Assembly: GCF_009914755.1 (NCBI RefSeq)
Contig: NC_060939.1
Length of the DNA stretch: 64,000 nt
Strand: one strand, 5' to 3'
From: the human T2T-CHM13v2.0 reference genome, Homo sapiens
Part shown: one piece after another, positions 18,624 through 38,321 of the stretch
Position numbering within the stretch: position 1 is the first letter of the stretch
Layout: every line of letters starts with the position of its first letter
The notes under the pieces: generated by a model
What the model saw: the letters and a program-made list of their open reading frames with translations, nothing else
What the model was told of the DNA's origin: nothing
Databases searched by the model: none
Translations under genes and position numbers: made by a program

Positions 18624-20564
18624 TGAGACTTTTAATTGACAGACTGCATTGCATAAGCCAAAGGCCAACAGAGAGGTGACCTTTCAAATTACTGGCACAA
18701 CAGGAGCCGAGATCAGAAAGCTCCAACTTAATGCAAACATCGACAAGAAATCCGACAGAAATGACTTCTGTGTCTGGTCAACTTAACATAACATGACATA
18801 TTGTCAAGCGCATTTTGCTTTTTAGGTAGAATTGTCTATAACGATTTAACTGCTTTAGAAAATATAAATGTGAAGATTTGTGGTATTCGGGTTTATATAT
18901 AAGATATTTCTACATTTAAAAGAGACAGAGTGGAAAAGCTTGGTATAAGATTTGTAAAATGTGTTTGTAATAATGCTAATGGAAGAGGTGAGATTTGGGT
19001 GGGGTGGGGTGTAGATGGGAACATGGTTTGGGGATTGGGGAAAGGGAAGTCATGCTGTTAATAAAATAGTGAGGCATGTTGTATAAAGTGTGTTTTATGT
19101 CTCAATTGAAATGTTATAGAGAGAAATTTAAAATAGATCATGATTGGTTTTGAATCTGATTTCTAATTTTAAAATGTTATGAGCTTTTGTTGCTTTCCTA
19201 TTTCATACACATTTCTTTATGGGTTTCACTTAGACTGCATGAAATTGCAGATGCCAATTACCTTTTAATAAAATTAAATTCACATATATGTATAATTTGC
19301 ATGTATATATTCACGGAATTTTTTATTCTATACGTGATATATTATTTTAAAATGGTTTATCAATGACATAACGTATAATTTTTCTATACTTTCAGTTTTC
19401 TGGTTTGGATTTTTTCTGGCAACACTAATTTTCACCTATCTATACTCATTGATAGTATAAAGTTGTACAAGTGCATATTTGACCATGATTACAGTTGAAT
19501 AGATGACTGGAGGTACATCTATGATGACTAATACTTTCTAAACACATATTTACCTCTCATATATCTGTGTAAATGATTGTAAGAGGAAGGGGAAAATAGA
19601 GATGTATCATTAGGTATACTGTCTTAAAGCACATTCAGCTGCTCTCATGTTTGGAGAATTTTGAATGTGATGAATGTTTCTCTTTCACCGCTAACAGGTT
19701 GTGTGTGTGAGCCAGATTTTATTGCAAGTGTTTGAAAGACTATTGCAAATATCGGATATTGCCAGACAGTTGGTAAAAAGCAAATTGAGTCTATTGAGAA
19801 ATTAATTCACCAGCTGAAGGAAGTACATTTGCCTTACAGTCATCAGATATTCTACCCACCAGACTCATCTCCGAGATAGCATCCTAATGAGCTTCCTAAA
19901 CCAACTAAACATGAGCAGGAAGCATCAGTCGTCAAAACTGACTCTTTTCAGCCAATCAGCTGACTGCACAAACTGTATGGCATTGAGGAAAGGAAGAACA
20001 TTCTGAAAGTTTTTTTTTTCATTCTGCCCTCACTTTGTTGGTTTCTCAGTTTTACAGATGCAGTGTCATGCGCAGAACCCTGTAAATGAGCATAGTTCAT
20101 TCAAGTATATAAAGTGCTTTCGTGTATTATTATTCAGTGGAATAAAATGAATGTTAACAGGCTTAAGTGATTTTCCTAAAGGCACACAATTAATGTATGG
20201 CTGGAATTCAAAATCGGGTCTTTTCCTCTGTTCTGATTGTTCTATAAATAGGGGTGTAGTGATTGATTTTCTACCCACCATGACAGGGAATAGGTTCAAA
20301 ACTTAAAACCCTGTTCATTTTATAATTAGGTAGACTCAAATGACAGGTCAAGGCAGGGAGGGGAGCCAGTCATTTTTATTCCCATATGGGTTTGCTCCTT
20401 CAAAGACAGGATTGGGGTAGCAGGGTCAGTTCCTACAGGTTATAACGATCTTAATGATAAAGTTAACTAACCATAACTGAATAGTCATAATGTGCTAGCA
20501 CTTTTCATAATGTATCCCAAATAATACTCACAAAACCTTCCAAATAAATGTTACCTTTTTGTTA

Positions 20565-20730
20565 TCTTTGTTTTATTTTGTTTGAGACAGGGTTTCAGTC
20601 TGCTGCCCAGGCTTTAGTGCAGTGATGCAATCATGGTTCACTGCAGCGTCAAACTCCTGGGCTCAAGCAATCCTCCCACCTCAGCCTCCCAAGAAGCTAA
20701 GACTACAGGCATGCACCACCACTCCCAGCT
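20565..20730 (-). mobile_element. Alu monomer (FRAM/AluJ right arm)
   Basis: Single right-arm monomer; TSD TCCAAATAAAT. Confidence 0.75.
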
Positions 20731-20836
20731 CCAAATAAATATTCTTATCCCATTTTACTGATGCAGAAAAACGTATGGCCCAGAGAAGTAATGTTAAGTT
20801 TATTGGGGGATTTAAGTTGTAAAAAATTATTTTATC

Positions 20837-21050
20837 GAACCCTAATGTAAACTATGGACTCTGGGTGATAGTGATGCGTCAGTGTAGGTTCATCGATTAT
20901 AGCAAATGCATCATTCTGGTGCAGGATGTTGACAGTGGGGGAAGCTGTGTGTGTAAGGGAGTAGGGAGTCTAGGGGAACTCTTCTACTTTCCACTCAATT
21001 TTGCTGTGAGTCTAAAACTACTCTAAAAAATGAAGCTTATTAATCAAAAA
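20837..21050 (+). mobile_element. L1MC-type 3' end
   Basis: GAACCCTAATGTAAACTATGGACT...GTAGGTTCATCG...CTCAATTTTGCTGTGA..CTAAAACTACTCTAAAAAAT. Confidence 0.75.
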
Positions 21051-21897
21051 AAATTCTTATATTTTATGAATATATGGGACAGCTATTCATGTATGTGGTA
21101 AAAAGAGATTTGTTACAATACTCGGCAGGAGTGTGTCTAATATGACTGATATTCATGTGTCACTTATAAAAACTGGCTTCATAATCTGTAGATTCATTTC
21201 ATTTGTGTATGTTCGCTTAAGGGCGCACACATGGAAACACTTTGGTGTTATTAAAGGTCTGTTGGGAGGGCTCCTCTTTGGTGGAAGCTATGTCTATTTC
21301 TTAAAAGTGATTTAAGAGTAAGATGTGAAATAGCACTTGCCCCCGAGGATGGAGCCAACAGAGCATAGGGGAGTTATGTGATGCTATCTCTGAGAGACTG
21401 GAGAGAGGAATATAAAAAGCTTATTCCTTAAAAAAGAATAGGGGAGGACTTCCTTACCTGATATCTCAGATTATGAAGCTACAGTTCTCTCCCTGCTTTA
21501 GGGAAAAATAATAATAACATACTTTTTGCAAAAATCAATTACTGAACATATTCCTATATTTTAGATTTATAATGAAGCATTTTTGTACATATTCATTAAA
21601 AAAGAGTAATTAAAATATTTTTCTCTGGTTTATAGTAACTAGGATGGCAACACAGATATATCTTGGAAGTATTTCTTGGGATGATTCTTCAACATAAAAC
21701 TATTCTTAAAAACTTCTTAGAAGTCTCCAGGTACTCAGGAATAAGGTCATTTTAAATTATTCCTTATTGACCATAAGAAAAATAATTAGGCAAGACCACA
21801 AAACTAAATGTTTAGACTGTTTCTCCTGTTTCCTGATTTTCAGGTTTTTTTTTATCCCAATTTTATTTTGCTGTATGGTCATACATTTCATCTTTGA

Positions 21898-22171
<274 letters not shown>

Positions 22172-22774
22172 TTTCAAAGCTGTTCGAGGGCATTTATCAG
22201 GCTTTTAACTCTAGGTACTCTTTCCCGCAGTGTGACGGCCAAGAGAAGGGATCCTGGGCTCTCTTCCCTGGCCCCAGGACGGGAATTCAGGGGGAAAATT
22301 CACCTACTCTTATCCCACAAAAGAAAACTTATTCATCAGTTGTCAAGCTAAGGAGCTTCAGAGTCCATAAAGAGGGAAATTGCTAAGAGCTTATCAGTAG
22401 TGTCCACCCCGCATCCCCACCTGGGGTCACATGGAGAATGATGGTGGGGGCACCGATCTTGTCCTGCTTCAGGTGAAAAGCAGGGGTGTGGGGGGGTTTC
22501 ATTGTGAAGGGCTCCTTTGTTAAAATTCCTTCCAATTCCAGGAAAAACATGCACTCCAAAAGCCATTATCTCTTTTACTTTGTACTAGGGGACTTCCAGG
22601 AAAGAGAGAGAGGAGAAAGAAGAGGGCAAAACAACTGCAGTGAATTTAGTCACCTCTCCAATTGCCTTTCTTGTTGCAGAATATTTCACATTCCAGGAGT
22701 TTCCTTCTTGACCTCTGGACTGTTGATACACCCAAGATCTTAATATGCTTTCAATCATAGGTTAAAGACATCAA

Positions 22775-26190
<3,416 letters not shown>

Positions 26191-26941
26191 AAAAAGAAAG
26201 TACATAAAATTGCTAAATCAAGGAACAGCTTGACAGTATATTATTGAGAGAAATAGAGGCAAAGGCGAGCAGACACCAATGTTCACTTAGTGGAACTGCA
26301 GTTGTCCCCAGACAGGAGGCTGCTACTTTTCCAAAAGAAATCTATTATTGACAAAAAAAAAAAAAAAAGGGGGTTTGTTACAATATACAAATAGCTAAAC
26401 TTTATATAGCCACGACCCTCTTGCAGCACTGCTCTAAGCCTTTTCCTGCTCTGAAATAGCTACTATTGTTACCTCCATTGTAGAGAATACAGATGCCAGA
26501 GGTTGTTGTGGAAGGACCATGGAAACTGACTAGGAAATTGACTTGTAAGTTTAGGACTTAAAGGTTCTTCCTGTTTTGCTCCTTACATTGCCACATTTTA
26601 GTTAACATACCTCCTAAAATACTGGTCCTTTCTATATTTGGAGGGACTCGTCTTGCAGTTTGAAGTTTTTTCTTGCACTAAGCATTTGGTCAGAAGATCA
26701 TGTGCGTTTTATGTCAGTTTAAGTTTAGACATTGTTCAGTAAGGAATGTAAATATGAGCAAACAGTTACCTGATTAAATAGAAAACCTAGAAGAAAAATC
26801 ACCTATGAGAAAGTCAAGAAAATGTGAACTCTGGATTTGTGGCTATTTTCAGAATATTAATTTTTTTGGTATTTAATGGCATTGTGAATATATTTATTTT
26901 TAAAAATTCCTTGTCTTCTGCAGATACATATACGGTAATTA

Positions 26942-27411
<470 letters not shown>

Positions 27412-28097
27412 TTACATTATTTTTCTCAACTTTTTTTACATCTGAAACTTTTTAATGAACACATGCACACGTCCCTTGATAACTGGGGCTGCTTCCCCAT
27501 TACTCTCTCAATAGCCCTTCTGATTTTCACTTCATCTTCATTCTTAGAGACTCTGGATTTTTTATTTTTTTTGGCAAGTTCAAGTATGTCTTGATCTATG
27601 CAAGGACTAGCCAGCATGTCTACCTACTCAGCCATATTATCAGAAACAGAAAAAGTGTCCAGATTCTTGTCTTTTCCTGTTAAGATTTTTTAAATTCCAA
27701 GAACAGTCACCTTCTACCAGACACTCTGATGTTGGAAGACAAAGCATATTTCGTAAGTGGCATGATTTCTGTGCTCAAGTTTAGAACAAAGCCACAGATT
27801 TCAACATCTCAAAAATAACTTACTGGACTCACCAAATTTAGAAAGATGGAGATTATTTTAAAAAAAGAAAACCTTAATTTACTATGTGACCTCTAAGTAT
27901 CTCAGCTGAAAATTGTAAAGATAGGTAAATCAAAAGATGCAGATAATCATGCACTTAATGAAGCGCTAAATCAAAGTATTTTTGGCATATGTGAGTTTCA
28001 TTTTATCACATTTTTTACTGGTACTATAGCTATTTGCAAGTACATATAGAACTACAGTGTTACATATAAACTACCAAAAAGCAACTTTTTAAAAAAA

Positions 28098-29042
28098 TTT
28101 TATTATTCTTATACTTTAAGTTTTAGGGTAGATGTGCACAAAGTACAGGTTAGTTCCATATGTATACATGTGCCATGTTGGTGTGCTGCACCCATTCACT
28201 TGTCATTTAGCATTAGGTATATCTCCTAATGCTATCCCTCCCCCTCCCCCCACCCCACAACAGTCCCCGGTGTGTGATGTTCCCCTTCCTGTGTCTATGT
28301 GTTCTCATTCTTCAATTCCCACCTATGAGTGAGAACATGCGGTGTTTGTTTTTTTGTCCTTGCGATAGTTTGCTGAGAATGATGGTTTCCAGTTTCATCC
28401 GTGTCCCTACAAAGGACGTGAACTCATCATTTTTTTATGGCTGCATAGCATTCCTTGGTGTATATATGCCATCTTTTCTTAATCCAGTCTATCATTGTTA
28501 GACATTTGGGTTGGTTCCAAGTCTTTGCTATTGTGAATAATGCCGCAATAAACATATGTGTGCATGTGTCTTTATAGCAGCATGATTTATAGTCCTTTGG
28601 GTATATACCCAGTAATGGGATGGCTGGGTCAAATGGTATTTCTAGTTCTAGATCCCTGAGGATCTAGACACACTGACTTCCACAGTGGTTGAACTAGTTT
28701 ACAGTCCCACCAACAGTGTAAAAGTGTTCCTATTTCTCCACATCCTCTCCAGCACCTGTTGTTTCCTGACTTTTTAATGATCGCCATTCTAACTGGTGTG
28801 AGATGGTATCTCATTGTGGTTTTGATTTGCATTTCTCTGATGGCCAGTGATGATGAGCATTTCTTCATGTGCTTTTTGGCTGCATAAATGTCTTCTTTTG
28901 AGAAGTGTCTGTTCATATCCTTTGCCCACTTTTTGATGGGGTTGCTTGTATTTTTCTTGTAAATTTGTTGGAGTTCATTGTAGATTCTGGATATTAGTCC
29001 TTTGTGAGATGAGTAGGTTGCGAAAATTTTCTCCCATTTTGT
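28098..29042 (-). mobile_element. 5'-truncated L1PA (3'UTR + ORF2 C-terminus)
   Basis: TATACTTTAAGTTTTAGGGTA.. 3' end; ORF 28629-29045 matches L1 ORF2 ([26 protein letters not shown]); imperfect TSD CAAAAAGCAACTTTTTAA / CAAAAAACAGCTTTTTAA. Confidence 0.95.
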
Positions 29043-29737
29043 CAAAAAACAGCTTTTTAAGAAATGAGACTAATCTAGCAACTTTATTGAGAGGACGTGA
29101 AGTGTTTGGTTAGGAATGGTGCAATTGGTGGTGGTTGTGGACATGTGAGATGTAAGATGCCTCAACTTCCAATGTTGTTCAGAAGCAATCCAGCTTTCTG
29201 AATTATTCTTATGAATTCTGGATTTGAAACAGTAACTTCCCAAATGGCAGGGGCTTTCAGCAGAGAGGAACCTGGAGGGACCCTGTCCCTGACACCTTCT
29301 GGGTTGTTAGCTCCAGATCAAAAGAACTCCTGATTTGGAAAAAGCTTCTTGAAAAGAAGAGGGGAGGTGACCTTGGTGAAGCCTCTGGGGACATGAGCTA
29401 TTTTTAGGGCTTTTGGCAGGAAAAGAGCTTTTGAAAACGGAGATAAGGCATGGTATTAAAAAGGCTTACATTGGAGAAAGAAATCATAAAACTCCATACA
29501 GTTAGGGCAATAGTTTTGTTTTTTACTAGGACAGCATCAGTTTATTGGAGTATTTATATAACATAAGCAAGGTCTCTTGATATTTTAACAATTAACAACT
29601 GGATTTTATTTTCTACTATAGGTGCAGTTTATCATTCTGAATCCAAAGCCAAGGAATATAAACATGTATGCAAACGAGCTTGTCAGAGAGTATCAACGCA
29701 ATGTGTATCATCTATGCTTTTCAGTTTTGAACATAAA

Positions 29738-30620
<883 letters not shown>

Positions 30621-32950
30621 TTCCCCAGGAGGAGACCCTCCCCTGCCTCCGAGGCCTGCCTGCTACCCTCAAAAGCTTCGTGCCAACAGAGAGGTTCCTG
30701 TTTGGACCCAGGAGAGTGGAAGAGAGATTGGGACTGAGTGCTGAGATTGGGAAGGCACCTGCTCCCACAGAAGGGGGAACGCAAGGGGGCGTCCCAAGAC
30801 CTCATCTGCCTGCAGCGTCACACCGATGGCCTGGCCTCGGCTTCTCATTATTTGCAACTGCCATGGATGTTTACAGGAACCCAGCCAGAGTTTGCCTCCC
30901 TGCACTTCATCCCAGAGCGCACCTGCTTCCTCCACTTCACCTTCGGAGAGGACACTTCAAACTGCGGACACACGCAAAAGCAACTCCCAGCTCTGTTTGA
31001 TGTGAGTTGAGCCTTCAGGCCAGCTGGGTTTAGCCCGAGGCTGGTCTTAGATGCAGCGACTGTTTCAGGGAGTGACTCAGAATAAAAAGAAGCTGAGGAA
31101 GCTGTTGGGGGGCTGAGGATGAGATTCTCGCTTCTTCATTTCAGGTTACTCGTTCCTCAGCAAGTTGGCAAAACAGATATCATGCTGGTGAGTGCCACGT
31201 TACTCCCCTGGCTGCAAATGCTTTTCTGAAAGTATGAGTGTCGTGCCTACTTAATTCTGATAAACCTGTTTAAGCAATACTTAGGAGGCTGACTTCTTTG
31301 GATTAAAAAAATGTATGCAACTCCAAAAAAAAAAAAAAAAAGAAATTCAACATTTAAAAGTTTCATTTCTAGGGCAGTCTTCCGGTTTGGACTACAAAAT
31401 TATTTTGCTTGTTTTTGTAGGGGATCGTTTTGTGTTGTTTTGTGTCTTTCTCCACATGATGCTTAGCTCTTTCCCCACTTCCCAGATTAAAGTCTGTATT
31501 TTTGTAATTGTGGGCACACAATCATATCTCTTTTAATCTTTGCAACGATGTTGAACTTCTGTAGACAGAAGGATAGAGAAAACAGCTTGAAGGCAGTCAG
31601 TGTGTTTTTCCATGAAGGGAAAAAAATAAATAAAAAAATTAAAATGGGTGCTTTTTTAAGAGAGATTGTCCTATACTTTTTCATTCTGTTTTTCATCACG
31701 TAGTTTGTATCATAGCAAGTTCATTGTCATTCCAGAGTTCAGCTTTGCCCTTGTACTCAGTTGTGCTTTTTTCCCATTGGTTTTTGAGGTTTTGCTAAAC
31801 TGTTGAATATTTAATGTGGGGACAGGAATGGACTCAGAAGAAATGTTTTTTATTTTGATTCTTACTAGTCTTGTAGGCAAACCTTCCATTACTTTTTATG
31901 CAAATAGGATCTAGTTGAATATTGTATATCGAGTAAATATGCGTCTCTCTCTGCTCTTTTCGTTGATATTTACATAACATTAAAAAGATTATACTTTATC
32001 AGAGATTCAAGCTTTTTCTTATGAATGAAGCCCTATAAATAAGAATATTTTGTTACAGGGATTTTGTTCTTTTGAAATTTATAACAATAAAGCTAAAAGT
32101 TCTCTAAGCTGTTTTATATTTTTTCTTATTTTTCAAAGTGTGAAATTTTTCTATCATCTGAAAATAAATTTTATGTAACTATAGTCTTAGAAATTTAATA
32201 CATTTGAATTGTATATTTAGCCTCTTTAATATTTCCAATGAATACACTTCTTAAAAGTTTAATTAGGAATACAGTTCTTAGTTTTTGAGCTTTCTCTTTG
32301 TTGACTAAATTGAAATGTTAATAAATCATTTATAAATGACTTTTCCTTCTCTCTCTTTTCCTCTCCTAATTTATGCTCAAGGCCAGGTGATTTTATAGAC
32401 CTTTATTCTGTGTAGTTTATATTACAAAATAATATGTTACATCTTGATTTAGAATTTACATTATAGTATCCAAAATGTTTTTGTCAAATGTGTGCTTTTA
32501 TCCTCAGATTCCGGCGCCCCTGTGACTCAGAGTCACTTCTTTTTAGGTACGGAGAGTATTAACGGGGAGGAGAAATGATTCGTTTGAGATTTAGTTATCT
32601 ATATAAAATACGAATTGTCAGGATATTTGAACCAAACTGGGTCATACAATTTCTGTGGCTATTTTGAATAGCCTTACAATGAATTAAGCTTACTAAATTC
32701 CTTGTACTTTTCATTTAATAGCTAGATGTTATTGTTTTAATTTGAATAATATTAAGTGAGCCATATTACCAATTAACCTGAATATAAACACTTGCTTGTT
32801 TTTAATCTGAGTAGTTTATGTCTTAAAGTATGGAATGGAACTAGTGGTCAATTTTTATTAATCTAAGTGTCTCCCATACTTCTTTAAGCTTTTGGAAAGT
32901 TTGGGAAGTTGTGATTTTGCAATGAATAATCTCTCCCCTTGGTTTCATAG

Positions 32951-33019
32951 GCAATTGAAAAGCTGCAGGCGGGTGCTCTTGCAACTGACGCAGTCACTGC
33001 AGCACTGGTGGAACTTGAG
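32951..33019 (+). pseudogene. Orphan 69-nt phase-0 exon (AIEKLQAGALATDAVTAALVELE), parent gene not recognised
   Basis: Pyrimidine tract + TTTCATAG acceptor, GAG|GTATTT donor, stop-free protein-like frame, GC/CpG-richer than flanks. Confidence 0.7.
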
Positions 33020-34109
33020 GTATTTCTTTTCTCTGTTTTATTGAAAATACTTGTGAGTTTATCTTTATTGTTCTTAAATGACATGAAACTGTTGAGTTAG
33101 TCAACCATAAATTATATGACCAGTGTTGCCCACCAATATTAGCACAGTTATGAAGAAGCCTATGATATTGTTGTTTTCATTGGTGACTTTTCTGAGTAAT
33201 ATGAAAGTTGGTTAAATTCCTTCCTTTTCTTGATTTTTTTTTTTTTTGTGAGATTCATGAATACAAAAGTTAGTGACTGGATACTGAAGTTTCTCATTTT
33301 CAGTAGGAAAATCCTTGAAGTTAACCCCCAAAAAGTGATGTATGTTCTGTTGTTTAAAAATAAATTCCAACTGTCTAGAAGTGCCTAAAGTAGAAGGGGA
33401 AGATTCTTCACGAACCTAACAGTTAGATATATACCCTGAAATTGTGTGCTGTGAAGTGTGCCTTGTCCCAGTGTTATGGTTAGGTTTGTCCCCAGTTTAC
33501 TGTGGACATCGAATAATTGAGTGGGGAGGCTCTCACGTTTGCCATAATTTTTTATACTCTAGAGTGAGGTCCTCTCAGTTCTCTTGATTTGGACCCTTGA
33601 TGAATTTGTGCAGGGGATATTGAGGTCTTCAGAAGATTGACTTGCTGCTCGAACTTGGAGAAGATAGATTTGTATCTATCAGTTGAGAGGATTATCGTGA
33701 AAAATATTTTTCTGGTTGAGAATACTCCTTAGGGAATCAAGTAAGACATGATGACGAAACAATGATGAGTTTGAGGGAGGAGATGATAGTTAAAGGCGAC
33801 ATTTCCAGGTTGACTGGGTTGTGGCCCTTGTATTCAGGCGCTCATACCAGGGCACGCACCCTTTCATGCCTTTCCTTGTGAAAATTGCCCAGGTGTTTAC
33901 CAAAAGTCCTAGCCGTGTTTTCTGTATATTCTCATGCTTAATTGTGGACCTGAGCTTTTGATCATGCTTTGTAGATTTTAATTTCTCTTGGTAATGTCAG
34001 ATTGGTCCTAATGTAGTCAAGGAAGGTGAAAGAATATGGTGAGCACCTAGTTCTATTGAATCTTACATGGGGATGTGTGATGCCCTCCTAATATGACTGA
34101 TACATTTCA

Positions 34110-34312
34110 TGCCAGCTCTACCAGTCATTAGCCATGTGTCCATGGGTGTGGCACAGTCTGTCCTTGACTCAGTTTCCCTATTTATGAGGATAATAATTCC
34201 CACTTCACAGAGTTGTGAAGATTAACTGAGTTCATATATGACTAATACAGGACAGTCTCTTAGAACAGTGTGTGGTACGTAGTAAGCACCCATAACTGTT
34301 AGCAATTATTAC
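34110..34312 (+). mobile_element. MIR
   Basis: CTCAGTTTCC..ATAATAAT..CTTCACAGAGTTGTGAAGATTAA..CTTAGAACAGTG core. Confidence 0.7.
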
Positions 34313-35009
34313 AGTTATGAGGTGCTTTGGAAGTGGTATGTATGAGATGAATATTTATGGTAACTATTAATGACAAGTTTTACAGCATTAAAGAAAGTTT
34401 AATTATATGTTGAGGATCAGAGGAGAAAAATGACATAAGAAAGAAGATAGATGTATTTACCACCAAATGTTACCTTTACTCAAAACAGACACACAAAGAG
34501 GGCTTCATCTAACTTAACTAATTCAATTGTTAGTTGGAAATTACTTGCATGGAATCAGCATAGGTTTGGGAAAGAAGGTTATTGAGTAGCTGGAGAATAT
34601 ACTAGAATGGCAACCATGAATGCAAAACTGAATAAAATTAAGTTTCTCTTTTTATCTTAGAATAACTTTAATTTTCCTAAGTCATACTTATATATCATGT
34701 TTAATATTTCATTCTATTTTCCCCTAGTGTTGAATCTGACTTTTAAGGGATTTACTTATTTATACTTAAAAATGATAAGAATACATTTTGAAATAATGAG
34801 TTTCTCCTGAGTAAGTGGACTTATAGTTTTGGATAACTTGTGTTTTTTTAAGAGTGTGGATATGAATTTAAAGGAAAAAAATTTCTTGTTCTATTATTTT
34901 TGATTGGAATAAGTCATAAGGATAATGGTAGCATAGAATTCTTCCCCAAGTGACTTTAGAGCATCCCACACCTCAACTTTTAGTTATTTTATTTTATATA
35001 TATATATAT

Positions 35010-35304
35010 TTTTGAGATGGATTCTCACTCTGTAGCCCAAGCTGGAGTGCAGTGGTGTGATCTTGGCTCACTGCAACCTCTGCCTCCCAGGCTGAAGTGA
35101 TTCTTGTGCCTCAGCTTCCCATGTAGCTGGGACTACAGGCATGCACCACCACACCCAGCTAATTTTTGTATTTTTTTTTTTTTTAGTAGAGATGGGGTTT
35201 CACCATGTTGACCAGGGTGGTCTTGAACTCCTGAGCTCAGGTGATCCACCTACCTCGGCCTCCCAAAGTGCTGCGATTACAGGTGAGAGCCACTGTGCCT
35301 GGCC
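35010..35304 (-). mobile_element. AluS
   Basis: Antisense dimer; TSD CTCAACTTTT. Confidence 0.88.
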
Positions 35305-36127
35305 TCAACTTTTGATTATTAAATTTGTGGAAGAATTTCAATTATCTTTAACAATTAACTTTTCTATGGACTCTTTGATTGAAATACATGTTAATAGTTT
35401 AAGGTTAAGCTTACACTAACAGGAAGAATTTTCCTAAATCTTAAGAATTATGTTGGAAATCATGCTTATACTGCCCCCTGCAGTTTCTCTCACCTTGAAT
35501 AATTGTGATTCATTACCTTAAAACAGGATAGGTTTTCAGATGGACTTCAGTTGGGGAAGTATTGTAATAGCTTGGGTCAATGGAAAGACGTAAGAAGATT
35601 GGATTCTAATATTTCTGTACTTAGAAAAATATAAGTAGCAGTATTGAGTCCTTTCAGAATACTGAAAAGTGCTGAGAAAAATTCTGGAGAGCCTTATTAA
35701 TAATGCATTATGTTTAATTTGAGAATAAATACTTATCTTAGTTTTGGTCAGTCTATTCAGTTAAGTCATGTCTGGATTATTGAACAGATGCAAACAGTCA
35801 TTGTTCTCTTCTCTTTAGACTTTGGGATATACTTTTTGATTTAAAAAATGATGTTCTTGCCACTGAGCTTAAGGAAACAATACATAAACATATTTTTAAA
35901 ACTTGCCCGTTATATTATTACTTAGGCAGATATTGAAATTGATATGAATTCCTTAAATACTAATTGTGGATTGAAATGACTGAAATGTTTTAATGGTCTT
36001 TATTGCCTAGAAAGAGTATCTGGCTGTATATTTTAAAAATGTGATAATTTGTATTTTCCCAAATAGTGAAAAGTATACTGATCTTAACTCCATGCAGTGA
36101 AGGAGGAAGAGACAAGGCAAAAGAAAT

Positions 36128-36155
36128 ATGTGTGTGTGTGTGTGTGTGTGTGTGT
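36128..36155. repeat. (TG)n microsatellite
   Basis: About 13 TG units. Confidence 0.9.
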
Positions 36156-37214
36156 AGTAGTGTGTTCCACACACACTAAAGGGAACTATGCAGACATATC
36201 ATTTTTTAGCTTTTCTTAGAGACTGATAATTTTGTGTCGTTTTATTTTTCTTTACCACCACTACAGACAAGTGATGTCATCTTAAGACTGTCACTTCTGG
36301 ACAACAGAATGAGGTGTTTTCTTCATTTAAGTAAAGGAGGAGCAGGTGCAAAAGTTCCTATCTATTAAATTGACCACCTTCTCCCTTTAGAGTTTTGGGA
36401 GGGAAGGTGGCTGCTTCTGTATGAGACGTTTTCTGCAATGTGGAAATGCAAATGATATTACTCCAAAGTATATTTTGTTTATCTTCAAAATGTAGGGAAG
36501 GAAATGGAAAGGTCAGTTTATAGATCATATTTTAATGATTTATTGGTAAGTTGATTCATTCCTGTTGTTTCGTATAGCTTTTTTGAGTTTATCTTAATAA
36601 CTGATGAGAAAGTGAATTCTGTTCACTGGATGGTACAACTCTGGTTTCACTCACAGCAGAGAAGATTAATATTGTGAAAGAATTTGGTCTTCATATTTGG
36701 GACTATACATTTGGATGCCAGTTGCTTTTTTGGCTGCTTTTGAAATAGTTTTGGATCAAGTAGTGACAGTGGATTTAAGATTCCAGACCATAATTTTGCA
36801 TATTTCAAATGGTAAAACTTCTAATGTGAATTTCTTTTTTGAGAAAAGTGGATATAGAACTGGGTGAGTCATGATGCTACCATTTTCTTAGGATTGTTTC
36901 TAAAATAGAAAGTGTTTCATGGATTCTGATAGAAAATGAACTATCTATAAAATACTGCCTGAAGCTCCTTTTGCACAATGGTGTTTTTCTTAAAAAGTAC
37001 AAAGACCTGGTTTAAAAAAGTCTAATGAGTAATAATAGGTGCAATATGAATGACAGACTTTTGGAAGGTAATTTATAATCTTTTGTGAGAAAACTGATGA
37101 ATTTCGCAGAGGTTTTGAAGATCTTGTTGTAACCTTTGAGAAATTTTGGTTAATTCATTCTGAAAACTGATTATTTTGGTAGGTAGAATACCGTGTATTA
37201 AGAATAGTGATAGG

Positions 37215-37530
37215 GGCTGGGCACAGTGGCTCACGCCTGTAATCCCAGCACTTTGGGAGGCCGAAGCGGACGCATCACGAGGTCAGGAGATCAAGACCAG
37301 CCTGGCCAATATGGTGAAACCCCATCTCTAATAAAAATACAAAAATTAGCTGGGCATGGTGGCGCGTTCCTGTAATCCCAGCTAGTTGAGAGGCTGAGGC
37401 AGAAGAATTGCTTGAACTGGGACCCAGGAGGCAGAGGTTGCAGTGAGCTGAGACTGCACTGAGACTGCACCACTGCACTCCAGCCTGGGCTACGGACTGA
37501 GACTCCGTCTAAAAGAAAAAAAAAAAAAAA
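37215..37530 (+). mobile_element. AluS
   Basis: Dimer with small internal duplication; TSD AAGAATAGTGATAGG. Confidence 0.9.
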
Positions 37531-37911
37531 AGAATAGTGATAGGAATAGCTTTTACGTTTTATGTAGTAAAAGGCAAATTATACAGGTTCCTTTGTTAAA
37601 AATCTTTTGTTGAACTTCTGTTATTAAAAATGGACTGTGAAGTTTTTTATTCACTTAATTCATGCTTTAAAGCTCCCTATGGTCAGGGGAGATGCTAATT
37701 CATGGTTAAAACTCGTTTCTTGTCCAAATGCTTTAGCGTTTATAGGGCAGATTATATTGGGCCAAGTTTTTAGTCATTCTGTTAAAAACAGTTCGTCGTC
37801 TTTGGATCTCTGTGTAATACAAATATTGCTTGCTTGTAAACTCTAGGGAAGTCCTTTAAGAATAACTTGTTCAGATGACTGATATTTTGGTATGTAAGAG
37901 AAAGAAGGTAG

Positions 37912-38321
<410 letters not shown>

